Made by a program: the position numbers and the translations under genes. Under the pieces are notes generated by a model. The model saw nothing but the letters and a program-made list of their open reading frames with translations. It searched no databases and was not told where the DNA came from. From Nitrospina sp. (GTDB lineage: Bacteria; Nitrospinota; Nitrospinia; Nitrospinales; VA-1): 64,000 nt of DNA. Shown piece by piece: positions 42,519 to 52,242 of the stretch (the stretch's first letter is position 1; every line of letters begins with the position of its first letter). The stretch is taken from contig JABHBK010000069.1 in assembly GCA_018673915.1 (NCBI GenBank), positions 9,272-73,271 of the forward strand. Direction: 5' to 3'.

Positions 42519-43519
42519 GATTTGTCCCCGACCTTTTGCAATTGCTGAATCCATTCCAATACAGCATAGTCCATCCATCTTCGATCGCCATGAGGTGTGA
42601 CATATTTGGATATATACCCCATGTGTCCCCCCTGCTCAGGTTTATGCAATGTCACATTATTACTCATCTCTACTCGGCCAAAAACTTCACTCGGAATAAA
42701 AGGATCATCCTCGGCACATAATATGGAAGCAGGAATTCCTATTCCCTTCAAATAATGCATGGAACTGCACCGATCATAATAATCATCAACATCATTAAAT
42801 CCGCCTGCGGGAGCGGTGTAGCTGACATCAAAATCCCATATCGTTTTCAGATTTTTGAGAGGACTCAATGCAGACGGGAAATGTTTCATAAGGGCAACCG
42901 CCTGATTTCGAATCAACCTCATATAATACTGATTGAACAAGGCACAACCCCATTTTCTCGAAATTATCGCACTTGATACTCTTAAATCTACAGGAGGGTT
43001 TACCGCGAGAGCCCCTAACACATTGTCTGGAATCGTTCGGCCTTCACCTAAATATTTTAAAAGAACATTTGCACTCAAAGAAAAACCAATCGGCAACAGA
43101 GGCTTTTCTGGTTTCTGCTGAATTACAAAGTCAATCATTTTTGCCAAATCGTCACTGGCACCCCCATTCCACAATCGTGGACTTAGACCCATACCCGGCC
43201 CACAACCTTGATGATTAATCAAAATCACCCCATAACCCCGCATCCAGAGCTTTGTGGAAATCCGCCTAATATAACTGGACTCGGAACATCCACCCATACC
43301 ATGAGCTAGAAGAATAATAGGTTTGGTTTTATCTTTTGGTTCAATTTCGTACAAAATGATCTTCGCCTGTTCATCCAATTGCAGTTCATGCATGATACGT
43401 GGAGGACAAGGCAATTGCCCCCCCTTTAGCTGAGAGCCAACAATCGTCTGGACAATGCCTCCCGGAATGCCCCAATGCGCTTCAAATGCTTCCATGTCTT
43501 GGACAACCCTTAAATTCAT
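42515..43519 (-). CDS. YheT-family alpha/beta hydrolase
   Basis: HGMGG.S.S.Y, GFSLSAN nucleophile elbow, DDPF, GGHMG. Confidence 0.85.
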   Translation of the reverse strand: MNLRVVQDMEAFEAHWGIPGGIVQTIVGSQLKGGQLPCPPRIMHELQLDEQAKIILYEIEPKDKTKPIILLAHGMGGCSESSYIRRISTKLWMRGYGVILINHQGCGPGMGLSPRLWNGGASDDLAKMIDFVIQQKPEKPLLPIGFSLSANVLLKYLGEGRTIPDNVLGALAVNPPVDLRVSSAIISRKWGCALFNQYYMRLIRNQAVALMKHFPSALSPLKNLKTIWDFDVSYTAPAGGFNDVDDYYDRCSSMHYLKGIGIPASILCAEDDPFIPSEVFGRVEMSNNVTLHKPEQGGHMGYISKYVTPHGDRRWMDYAVLEWIQQLQKVGDKS

Positions 43520-43717
43520 TCTTCAGCAAAATTAATATTTTCCGTAAAAATTTTATCGCGGGAAACCAAAAATCAACTTCCCCCTAAAAACAATGCAACT
43601 CTATGGAATTTTTGGCCCCCTACAAGTATCTAACAATTGCTTTGAGTCTAAAAAGGTAGAGTTGACACTCCACTTAAGTATTGCTAAATTGCCAAATTCA
43701 TCAATCATATTACCAAA

Positions 43718-45115
43718 GTGAAAACTATTAAATCCAAATATATCCAGAGCTTCTTAATATTCTGCGTAGCCCTTGTATTGTCGTGCCCATTAGTTTTTGG
43801 TGCTACTGATAAGGATGCTAAAGCCCTCTATGAAAACGCACTGAATTTTAGCCAGAAAAAAGATTGGGATAATGCTGTGGCCGAATTCTTAAAAGCTGCA
43901 GAACTCGCCCCAAAAGACAGCCTGATTCAAGCAAACCTTGGGGTCGCCTTCAGCCAAACGGGGAAATACAAGCAAGCCTTACTATCATTCGAAAAAGCGT
44001 TGAGACTAGGATATGATTCCCCCGGTCTGCGCTACAACCGGGGGGTTTCCTTTGCTCGTGTTAAATTGTTGGACGAGGCCGTCCATGAATTGGAAACTGC
44101 ATTGAAAATGGACCACAGAATGGTAAGAGCAGAATATGATCTGGGGGTTTTATACAATTTGCAGGGAAAACGCGAAAAAGCTTTAGAAAAGGTTGATACT
44201 TTATTCAAAAGAAACAACAAACTCTCAAAAAAACTATTTGACCAGATTGACTCTCCTTACACTGTCGTTTCAGTAGACAATGGTGGCACGTTAAAAGGCC
44301 GTGTCACACTTTCGGGTCCAGTTCCCCGGGTTCGCTCTTTTCACCTGATCCACGCGCCGAATATAGAATTCTGCTCAAGAATTTCCGATGGAAAAGGTCA
44401 TCGACTCCTTTTCGATTTCACCGTCTCAAGAAATCGGGGGCTGAAAGATACCGTCATCCATTTGGTGAATGTTGAAAAAGGAAAACCGTTTTACCCCAAA
44501 ATGCAAATTTTCCATATTGACCGTTGCCGGGCCAATAAATATGTTATTGGCGCACAGAATGGTGAAAACATTATGGTGGAAAACACTGATCCCATCCAGC
44601 ATGAGATAGCGACTTATGAAGTTCGAAATATTTATTCAGACCAGACCAGCAACCGCCCTCTTCCTGAAAAATCCAGTCAGGTACGAAGTGTTTTTGTACG
44701 CAAAGATGCAGAGGAATTTATCATCAAATGTAATCTTCATCCGTTCCTCCAAACTCACGCCTACCTGATACAAAACCCTTATTACACGATTTCAGATTCC
44801 GATGGCAATTTCAGCATCGAAAATATACCCCCCGGCACTTACGAGGTAGTCGCCTGGCATCCATATATAGCTAAGCAAAGAGGAACAATCACTATTCCCC
44901 AAAAAGGAGAAGCCAGCATAGATTTCGACTTTAGAGGGGAAGATGAAAAAAGAAAACTATATCACGATGACATTGAAGGCTACCGATTCAACACCTGGTT
45001 CGACAGTAAAGAAAAGTTTTATGGCGGACCAAGAATAGATGATGCCGTAGAAGAGTTACAAGTCTTCTGTGATGAAGACCATCTTTGTGGTCATTATAAG
45101 GCCCGGGAAAATTGA
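43718..45115 (+). CDS. Exported TPR + cupredoxin-like + carboxypeptidase-regulatory-like protein
   Basis: Signal peptide, 3-4 TPRs, GG.LKG.V, CNLHPF, NPYY....G.F.I..IPPG.Y...AWHP. Confidence 0.7.
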   Translation: MKTIKSKYIQSFLIFCVALVLSCPLVFGATDKDAKALYENALNFSQKKDWDNAVAEFLKAAELAPKDSLIQANLGVAFSQTGKYKQALLSFEKALRLGYDSPGLRYNRGVSFARVKLLDEAVHELETALKMDHRMVRAEYDLGVLYNLQGKREKALEKVDTLFKRNNKLSKKLFDQIDSPYTVVSVDNGGTLKGRVTLSGPVPRVRSFHLIHAPNIEFCSRISDGKGHRLLFDFTVSRNRGLKDTVIHLVNVEKGKPFYPKMQIFHIDRCRANKYVIGAQNGENIMVENTDPIQHEIATYEVRNIYSDQTSNRPLPEKSSQVRSVFVRKDAEEFIIKCNLHPFLQTHAYLIQNPYYTISDSDGNFSIENIPPGTYEVVAWHPYIAKQRGTITIPQKGEASIDFDFRGEDEKRKLYHDDIEGYRFNTWFDSKEKFYGGPRIDDAVEELQVFCDEDHLCGHYKAREN

Positions 45116-45136
45116 TCTCGCTATTAAATCATCCAC

Positions 45137-45763
45137 CTAGTTAGTTTTACTTACTACCACCGCATTAAGTTTATAATCGTTTTTGGCCAGGAGGGCTGCT
45201 TCCTGCGCTTTTTTTTCATCCGCATACCTTCCGAGAAAAACCCGGTACCAGGTATTCCCTGTGACTTTAGTTTGCATCAAAAACGCATCGAAACCTTTTT
45301 TCTGAAGACGTATTTTCAAAGCACCTGCCCGACCCTCATCCCGGAATGAACCCACTTGCACCGCGTAACGCGGTAGACCTTCAACAATAGGAACAGAACG
45401 AATTTCTTTCTTCTGTTTCTTTTCAGGTTTTGCGGCAGGTTCTGAATCTTCGATTTTCTCTACAGGAGGGGGAGTAGTAGAAATTTTTGCAGGAACCACC
45501 GGTGAGGTGGTGCTTTGTGCAGGCTCCGGCAAAAACTTGCCATTGAGGCCCACATACCGGGTCATGGTAGGATCATTCAGAGTCTCAAAAAATGTATAAA
45601 CAGGTATTTCAGGCTCTTTGATTTTCTCACGCTTGGGTTTGACGGCACTTATTTTTTTTACTGATGCCTTCTTTCCCTGAAATCCAGCCGTTAAGTCGAA
45701 ACCGGAAAAATGTATCCCCGCCGCAGAAGCCATCAAAAAAAACATTCCAAGAAGAAGTCTCAT
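45137..45763 (-). CDS. SPOR-domain cell-division protein (FtsN-like)
   Basis: YTFFETL, Pro/Lys linker, YAVQVGSF...WYRVFLG; downstream of argS. Confidence 0.85.
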   Translation of the reverse strand: MRLLLGMFFLMASAAGIHFSGFDLTAGFQGKKASVKKISAVKPKREKIKEPEIPVYTFFETLNDPTMTRYVGLNGKFLPEPAQSTTSPVVPAKISTTPPPVEKIEDSEPAAKPEKKQKKEIRSVPIVEGLPRYAVQVGSFRDEGRAGALKIRLQKKGFDAFLMQTKVTGNTWYRVFLGRYADEKKAQEAALLAKNDYKLNAVVVSKTN

Positions 45764-45792
45764 AAATTAAAGGCGTCTATAAATCTAAGTGG

Positions 45793-47451
45793 TTACATTT
45801 TTTCTGGAGACGAAATACCCATCAGTTCGAAACCATTACGAATTGTGATTCTCAAAGCATCCAGCAAGAATAAACGCGCAAGTGTGAGCGCTTTATCATC
45901 TGAGATAACCCGATGTCTGCTGTAATAGCCATGAAACCGAGAAACCAAGTCAAGCAGGTAATGGGAAATCCGATGTACCTCCATAGCCCGAGCACTTTTT
46001 TCTACCACCTCAGGAAAAGCTAAAATAGAGCGGATAATGGCGAACTCCTCGTCTTCAGTTAGAAGTGTGAGATCGAATTCGTTAGACTGGTTCCACACCA
46101 CGCCACCTTCTTCAGCGGTGCGAAAGATACTGCATATCCGGGCATGAGCATACTGAATATAAAATACGGGATTTTCCGGGGTCTCCGCTTTGGCAAGCTC
46201 AAGATCAAAATCCAAATGCGTGTCGGAACTACGCATCAGGAAGTAATAACGCGCCGCATCGACACCCACTTCATTGACCACATCTGCAAGTGTTTCGAAC
46301 TCACCAGACCGGGTGGACATGGAAACTGTTTCACCGGCCCGCAAAAGACTGACAAACTGAACCAAAAGGATTTTAAAAATTTTCTTGTCATACCCCATGG
46401 CTTGCAAAACTGCCTCCATACGGGGCACATAGCCATGATGGTCGGCACCCATCAGGTTGATGAGTTTTTTGAATCCGCGGTTAATTTTGTTCTGGTGATA
46501 GGCGATGTCTGAGCAAAAATAAGTCTTCTCTCCAGATTGTTTGACGATGACCCTGTCCTTGTCATCATCGAATGCAGATGATTTCAGCCAAACCGCTCCA
46601 TCTTTTTCATAGATATGACCTTTGTCCTTCAACCATTCAATAGCCTTTTCTACCGAGTTATCGTCGTACAAGGATTCTTCACTGAACCAATTATCAAAAT
46701 TTACCCGGAACTCGGCAAGGTCGCTTTCAATTCCTTTAAGAATATTATCCTTAGCAAATTTTCTAAAAAAAGGCAGGCACTCCTCCTCAGGCTTATTTAA
46801 AAACTCATCCCCGCTCTGGTCAATTATTAGTTGGGCAATATCTTTGATATATTCCCCTCTGTAGTGATCTTCAGGAAAATCAAGAGTCTCCCCCAGGAGT
46901 TCACGATAACGGAGCCAGGCGGAACGGCCGAGAAAGTTCATCTGGTTCCCCACATCATTGATGTAGTATTCGGTGCTCAAATCGTACCCGGCTTTTTTCA
47001 AAATCCTACCCAAGGCATCCCCGACAGCTGCCCCTCTACCATGCCCGACATGCAAAGGGCCCGTGGGGTTCGCGCTGACAAACTCGACCAGGATTTTAAT
47101 GCCCTGCCCGGCATCAGACTGACCGAAATCATCTCCCTGCTGAACAGCATTTTTTAAGCGCTCAAGAAAAAACTTGTTAGACATTTTCAGGTTGATGAAT
47201 CCCGGCCCCGCAATTTCAACCAGACTTAAATCTCCATTTTTGAGATAACGGGCAACACTTTCTGCAATAATTTTTGGTTTCTTGCGTTCACTCTTTGCCA
47301 TCGTCATGGCAACATTGGTAGAAAAATCTCCCATTTTTTCGTCTTTGGGATTTTCCACTACAATATCTGGAAATGGAGAAAGTTCTAGATCCCCTGCTTC
47401 CTGTGCTTTCTCCAGCGCATCGTGAATAATTTTTTTTATCTCAGTTTTCAT
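45793..47451 (-). CDS. argS: Arginine--tRNA ligase
   Basis: EFVSANPTGPLHVGH, GADHHGY, MSTRSG, YIQYAHARI. Confidence 0.98.
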   Translation of the reverse strand: MKTEIKKIIHDALEKAQEAGDLELSPFPDIVVENPKDEKMGDFSTNVAMTMAKSERKKPKIIAESVARYLKNGDLSLVEIAGPGFINLKMSNKFFLERLKNAVQQGDDFGQSDAGQGIKILVEFVSANPTGPLHVGHGRGAAVGDALGRILKKAGYDLSTEYYINDVGNQMNFLGRSAWLRYRELLGETLDFPEDHYRGEYIKDIAQLIIDQSGDEFLNKPEEECLPFFRKFAKDNILKGIESDLAEFRVNFDNWFSEESLYDDNSVEKAIEWLKDKGHIYEKDGAVWLKSSAFDDDKDRVIVKQSGEKTYFCSDIAYHQNKINRGFKKLINLMGADHHGYVPRMEAVLQAMGYDKKIFKILLVQFVSLLRAGETVSMSTRSGEFETLADVVNEVGVDAARYYFLMRSSDTHLDFDLELAKAETPENPVFYIQYAHARICSIFRTAEEGGVVWNQSNEFDLTLLTEDEEFAIIRSILAFPEVVEKSARAMEVHRISHYLLDLVSRFHGYYSRHRVISDDKALTLARLFLLDALRITIRNGFELMGISSPEKM

Positions 47452-47545
47452 TCAGGTATTACCTAAAAAACAAAAATGTAGTTATATAGAAAATATAAGA
47501 TCGGGGAAAATGAGGGTTGTTTTTAGATTCAGGCAGGTAACAGGG

Positions 47546-47854
47546 TTAATTTTTCCGGCTACGGGCAACTTCTTTTTCCATTTCATCTTCCAAAGCTTTT
47601 TTATCCGCTCGGAACTGCTTTTCTAATTCTGCTTTTACAGCTTCGACCTCGTCTGGAGGGATCTGCTCCGGCAATTTGCGCATTTTTTCCTGAAACATCA
47701 CATCTCGGTCCGCAATCTTGGCGGCATATTCATTTCGAATCTCAGCAATTTCCTGTTTTTGCTTTTTAGTCAGCTTCTTCTGACTTTTCAACTCTGGGGC
47801 CAACTTATCCGAACGTTCCAAGCTTAATTCCAAAGCACTCTTCAATCCTGACAT
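47546..47854 (-). CDS. Small coiled-coil hypothetical protein
   Basis: LKSALELSLER N-terminus, charged helical composition, GAGA upstream of ATG. Confidence 0.65.
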   Translation of the reverse strand: MSGLKSALELSLERSDKLAPELKSQKKLTKKQKQEIAEIRNEYAAKIADRDVMFQEKMRKLPEQIPPDEVEAVKAELEKQFRADKKALEDEMEKEVARSRKN

Positions 47855-47974
47855 TTTTATCTCTCAAAAAAATTGATTAACTATTTAATTATAAAGGAAT
47901 TATAAATCAGACTCAATAGGCATATGAATCTGATTGATACAAAATTCTCAATTAAAAGAGACCCTGCTCTGGTT

Positions 47975-48739
47975 TTAATGAGTGGGAGAAAGGACCATTT
48001 GGAAATCAGAAAATTTGAAGACATGCGTCTGCAAAACATAACCGTCCTGCTTGAGAGTCTGATCAATCCGCGAAACCATCCAAACACCCTCAATCTTTTT
48101 ATATTTATAGCGTGTGACTTCAAAATACTCCTGCCCTCTGACCTTGAAACTTGAACGGCTTTCAGAGATTGCGAATTTTCCCTCCAACCTTAAATAGCTC
48201 ATTTCTCCTTGCACATTTTCAGGAGAACTTGTTTGCTGAAATTTCACTTTCCTAATCACCCACTCTTTAGAGTCGACCAGAAGCTTATAGTTTTGACCAG
48301 AATCTACTATGGGGTTTAATTCAATCATCAGTTTGTCCCCTTTTAATTTGCGGACCTGGTCTTTAAAGTCTGCAAATTTTTGCTTCAAAAATAATGGGAC
48401 AATCAACTCGCGGTAGGATTTAATTTGCTGGACTAATTCTTGGAAGCGGCCTTCATCCTGCCCTTTCGCCAATCTAAAATTCCCAAGTCCATCAACAGAA
48501 CTATGCTTCCAGCTAAATATGAAGTCAGGATTTCGTAGAAACTTTCCGGAACTGGAAGCCACATCCAACTGTTCCCATTGAACCCGGACAGAAAGGCTTT
48601 TTAATCCCTGCTTCTGAGGGTAATAATAGTTTTGATCAAGTTTGGAAAGGGCTGACTGGAAGGGTTGGCCCCAAGCAGAGCTTATAACCAGCCCCACAAG
48701 GATCGGCGCAAGCAACAAAGGAATTCTAAATCGAATCAT
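47975..48739 (-). CDS. Exported hypothetical protein (beta-rich)
   Basis: Signal peptide (..SSAWG); last gene of the tightly spaced 51345-47975 run. Confidence 0.7.
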   Translation of the reverse strand: MIRFRIPLLLAPILVGLVISSAWGQPFQSALSKLDQNYYYPQKQGLKSLSVRVQWEQLDVASSSGKFLRNPDFIFSWKHSSVDGLGNFRLAKGQDEGRFQELVQQIKSYRELIVPLFLKQKFADFKDQVRKLKGDKLMIELNPIVDSGQNYKLLVDSKEWVIRKVKFQQTSSPENVQGEMSYLRLEGKFAISESRSSFKVRGQEYFEVTRYKYKKIEGVWMVSRIDQTLKQDGYVLQTHVFKFSDFQMVLSPTH

Positions 48740-48750
48740 AAAGGAAAGGT

Positions 48751-49341
48751 TTAATCTACGCGCATGGAAAACCGTTCCACTGGCAAATCATTTGACGAAC
48801 CGTCATCCTTCAAAGACAAAAACAAGTCCTGTGAATCCGGGCTGTCCCAGGCTCTTGCCCCGGAAGCATAACCCCGGATTTTACCTTCACCATCGATCAA
48901 GTAGCTGGTAGGGAGTCCCATGACGTGATATTGCTTTCTGACTTTCTGGTCCTGATCCAGAAGCACCGAAAAAGTATAATTATTGACCTTCACGTATTCC
49001 TGAATCCTATCCTCATTCCATCGATCTATGGAGACTGCAAGCACTTCCACACCCTCAGCCTGAAGAGAAGTGTGGAGGTTTTGCATGGAAGCCATTTCCT
49101 CTCTGCACGCACCGCACCAGGTAGCCCAGAAATTAAGCAAAAGAACTTTCCCTTTAAAGTCAGAAAGTTTGACCATCTTTCCCTTTAAATTCCTCACCAG
49201 AAAATCGGGTGCTGACTGGGAAATTTTTGGCGGCACCACTCCCATCTTGCCAAAGGAGTCATGTTCTGCATACCCCGCGGCAGGAGCCAGTAAAAGTACT
49301 GATATAAAAACCATCCAAATAATATTATTCATTGGTCTCAT
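48751..49341 (-). CDS. TlpA/ResA-family thiol-disulfide oxidoreductase
   Basis: LNFWATWCGACREE, GLPTSYLID; ATG 49341 after GAGG, followed by a signal peptide. Confidence 0.9.
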   Translation of the reverse strand: MRPMNNIIWMVFISVLLLAPAAGYAEHDSFGKMGVVPPKISQSAPDFLVRNLKGKMVKLSDFKGKVLLLNFWATWCGACREEMASMQNLHTSLQAEGVEVLAVSIDRWNEDRIQEYVKVNNYTFSVLLDQDQKVRKQYHVMGLPTSYLIDGEGKIRGYASGARAWDSPDSQDLFLSLKDDGSSNDLPVERFSMRVD

Positions 49342-49351
49342 AATAGCTTCC

Positions 49352-49633
49352 TCATCTTCCGTTCCTATGTAAATAATCCTGGAGCAGTTTTCTTTCCTGG
49401 GCCGGGAATTGCATTCCCTTCTCCTGCATAAAACCATCCATCATTACTAAAAGGTGATCCCATTGCTCCGGTGTATGACGCTTGGGTCCCGGCAGTCCAT
49501 GGCATTTGGTACATCGTTCTTTGAATAATCTGGCACCGGGACTATCCGGCTCCGGGATCGTTTGTGTCCCGGCGCAAGCCATCAGAAATAGCGCGACCAA
49601 AATTACCCCTACTTCTTTACAACCAAAAAGCAT
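49352..49633 (-). CDS. Monoheme cytochrome c lipoprotein
   Basis: Lipobox LMAC, CTKCH heme motif, W...V.MM distal ligand region. Confidence 0.85.
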   Translation of the reverse strand: MLFGCKEVGVILVALFLMACAGTQTIPEPDSPGARLFKERCTKCHGLPGPKRHTPEQWDHLLVMMDGFMQEKGMQFPAQERKLLQDYLHRNGR

Positions 49634-49635
49634 TA

Positions 49636-50781
49636 TTAGAATCCTAGCTCTTTAGGCGGATTAAAGCCTTTATAACGCCGACTCTTTTTCGTTGGAATCT
49701 CGACATAATAAGACAGTTGCATCATCCAGTTATCCCTTAATTGCGGTCCCGACAGATCCTGATGAATGGGCAATGTCGCAGTCAGTTCCAGGATATGAAG
49801 TGGAATGGGCTGGTATTGAAAACCCAGACTCACTGCCATTTTATGACCGCCATAGTTTTGTGGATCAAACAAAGGGCTCAAAAATGGATTCCCTGCAACT
49901 TTATTGGTATGGCCTTCGCCATTGACCCGTCCGTTAAAAGGCTCCCGGCTAAAGCTTCCTTCATACCATCCATTTAATTGAGCTTGAAGCACCCAGTTGT
50001 CATGAACCTGTTTCATGGCATAAAAATCATACCGAAACTCCTGGCCTCGATGGTAACCCTGCTCATTATCATAGACATGCGCTTCCAATTGAGTGTTGAG
50101 TCCCCACCAGTACGGATCGCGTGAAGACTGATAGGTCAATCCGACAATGGGGTCGACCGTACCACTGCCCAATTGCATCTTGAAAGGAAGAAGAATGCCA
50201 TTTACACCATTGGGTGTAGCATTAGTAAATTTCCTTTCAATGGACCCGGTGGGTAAAGACAAGCCATACAAAACTGAAAACTGCTTGGTGGGAGCAAGGT
50301 TGTCATTGGCATGCAAACGGGACTTCGCCAGCAAGGTGATATCCCCTAATCCAGCCGATGTCATAGTAAAGTTACTACCTTGAGCAGGAAGGATTTCCAT
50401 CGGCATTTCGTTGACGGTGAAGTTGGTCATCGCCATCACAGCAAAATCATCCGTAAAAGAATAAGCTCCGCCGATCATGGTCATATATTGCGTCATGGAA
50501 CGTGGAACGGCAGGAAACTTAGTTGGATCAACACCGGGATTCCCCACAAGGTCAGTCGACAAAATATCAGTAGTACCATCACGGAGAGGGCCCATTTTCA
50601 TGATCATCTCACTCATCTTGAACCGAAACTCATGTGGCTCTGGAATGCCACCACCAGTAAGATTGAGCGGCATATTTCCCCCACAATGGGCACAACACAG
50701 CCCTATATAAGCCTGGGCCAATGAAACCCAAACCAACATCACAATATTTAGAGTCAATATAAAAACATTTTTCCTGAACAT
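49636..50781 (-). CDS. Outer-membrane beta-barrel transporter (MetA-pathway/phenol-degradation-like) with CCAHC motif and Met-rich strands
   Basis: Signal peptide, GLGDI.L, GLSLPTG, QLGSGT.D family motifs; ATG 50781 after GAGG. Confidence 0.75.
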   Translation of the reverse strand: MFRKNVFILTLNIVMLVWVSLAQAYIGLCCAHCGGNMPLNLTGGGIPEPHEFRFKMSEMIMKMGPLRDGTTDILSTDLVGNPGVDPTKFPAVPRSMTQYMTMIGGAYSFTDDFAVMAMTNFTVNEMPMEILPAQGSNFTMTSAGLGDITLLAKSRLHANDNLAPTKQFSVLYGLSLPTGSIERKFTNATPNGVNGILLPFKMQLGSGTVDPIVGLTYQSSRDPYWWGLNTQLEAHVYDNEQGYHRGQEFRYDFYAMKQVHDNWVLQAQLNGWYEGSFSREPFNGRVNGEGHTNKVAGNPFLSPLFDPQNYGGHKMAVSLGFQYQPIPLHILELTATLPIHQDLSGPQLRDNWMMQLSYYVEIPTKKSRRYKGFNPPKELGF

Positions 50782-50834
50782 GAACACACCTCAAAAAAAT
50801 AGAGTTTGAATGAAAAGGTGAATTACTAAAGATC

Positions 50835-50900
50835 TGACAGGAGGAGCAGAAATAATAGAATCTACGCTCCGGTAGAGCACAGAACAATTGCTACCTGTCA
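50835..50900 (-). promoter_or_regulatory. Structured intergenic RNA between leader ORF and transporter
   Basis: TGACAGG(50835-41)/CCTGTCA(50894-900), GGAGC(50843-47)/GCTCC(50866-70), TCTAC(50861-65)/GTAGA(50872-76), GGTAG(50871-75)/CTACC(50891-95). Confidence 0.45.
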
Positions 50901-50907
50901 ATTATGT

Positions 50908-51345
50908 TCAGATGAATTGGGGGGGATGATCGATAAGTCGGAGAAGCTTTTGGTGTTTATCGTAAGTCAATAAATCTACTTCCTGAGAATTTGAATCCGG
51001 CGAGAATTCAAAGTAAGATGTTATTTTGGATAAATCCTTGGTGTTGCTGGAAGAGTTCGAAGAGCCAGAATGAGTCCCACAGTCTGGGCGTAACTCACTG
51101 TTTCCTACCGTCCCTTTCTGCTTGTCGTGAGGACAGGGAGCATTTCGAAAATGCTGATGCATATTAAAAACACAATGCACGGGTTTCACTTCTTTATTAA
51201 AAGGAGATATCACATCAGATTTTCCAGGGTGATGATGATGCGATGTTCCGGCTTGTGCCACAGAAGCCATAAACAAGGCCATGCAAAACAGAAGCGAAAT
51301 CGGGAAAAGCCTAATTTTTAGTCGACAGCTCATTAAAACTCTCAA
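50908..51345 (-). CDS. His/Cys-rich exported leader protein, DUF2946-like, ending IDHPPQFI
   Basis: Hydrophobic N-terminus, HHHH, HC..NMHQH, CPH, DCG, Ser-rich spacer, C-terminal HPP. Confidence 0.65.
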   Translation of the reverse strand: MRVLMSCRLKIRLFPISLLFCMALFMASVAQAGTSHHHHPGKSDVISPFNKEVKPVHCVFNMHQHFRNAPCPHDKQKGTVGNSELRPDCGTHSGSSNSSSNTKDLSKITSYFEFSPDSNSQEVDLLTYDKHQKLLRLIDHPPQFI

Positions 51346-51519
51346 TAAACGGCAATCTTAAACAGGTCCATCCTGGATATCGTCTATTTGAACCTATATA
51401 GACTTTAAATTCAAGTGTAATCATATAGATAGACTTGAAATGCTATTTATTCCCTAGTTTATAAAGATATCCATATTGGTTTGTCAAATTTGTGCCTGTT
51501 TGCTATTCTGGGCGTTATT

Positions 51520-52242
51520 ATGGAAACTCGAAAACAAGAGCTAAGAGAATTAAAAAACTATCTCATCCATTTAAAGGACTTGGGATATACAGAAATTCCC
51601 TGTGAGGCAGAATTACTTAATAATTCAGCATTTCAAAAAACAAATCCTTCTAATTCGGCAAATAATATGGCCTCAAAAAAAAGCAACTCTCTGGCTGCCG
51701 TGCAAAAAGTGTTGGGCGATTGTACCCGTTGCAAACTTTCTGAGGGGAGAAAGAATATCGTTTTCGGCTCAGGCAACCCCAATGCAGATCTTGTTTTTGT
51801 GGGAGAAGGGCCAGGTGCTGATGAGGACGAACAAGGACTCCCTTTCGTAGGTCGATCTGGAAAAAAGCTGACAGAAATTATTGAAAAGGGAATGGGCCTG
51901 AATCGGGAAAAAGACACCTATATATGCAATATCGTCAAATGTCGTCCACCCGGTAATCGGGACCCCGAAGCGGATGAGGTTTCTGCATGCAAACCCTTCC
52001 TCATCCAACAATTGCAAGCCATCAAACCCAAAGTCATTGTAGCTTTAGGCAAACCCGCATCTTCAACCCTGTTGGGAAGAACCGTGCCCATCGTCAAAGA
52101 GCGCGGAACCTGGCATGAATACGAAGGCATCAAGCTAATGCTTACCTTTCATCCGTCCTATCTGATTCGTTTCTATACGCTGGAGAATCGCAAGGCGGTC
52201 CATGAAGATATGAAGAAAGTATTAAAAGAGCTTAAGAAATGA
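51520..52242 (+). CDS. Uracil-DNA glycosylase family 4
   Basis: CTRCKL, VGEGPGADED.QG.PFVG, NIVKCRPPGNR, TFHPSYL. Confidence 0.93.
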   Translation: METRKQELRELKNYLIHLKDLGYTEIPCEAELLNNSAFQKTNPSNSANNMASKKSNSLAAVQKVLGDCTRCKLSEGRKNIVFGSGNPNADLVFVGEGPGADEDEQGLPFVGRSGKKLTEIIEKGMGLNREKDTYICNIVKCRPPGNRDPEADEVSACKPFLIQQLQAIKPKVIVALGKPASSTLLGRTVPIVKERGTWHEYEGIKLMLTFHPSYLIRFYTLENRKAVHEDMKKVLKELKK

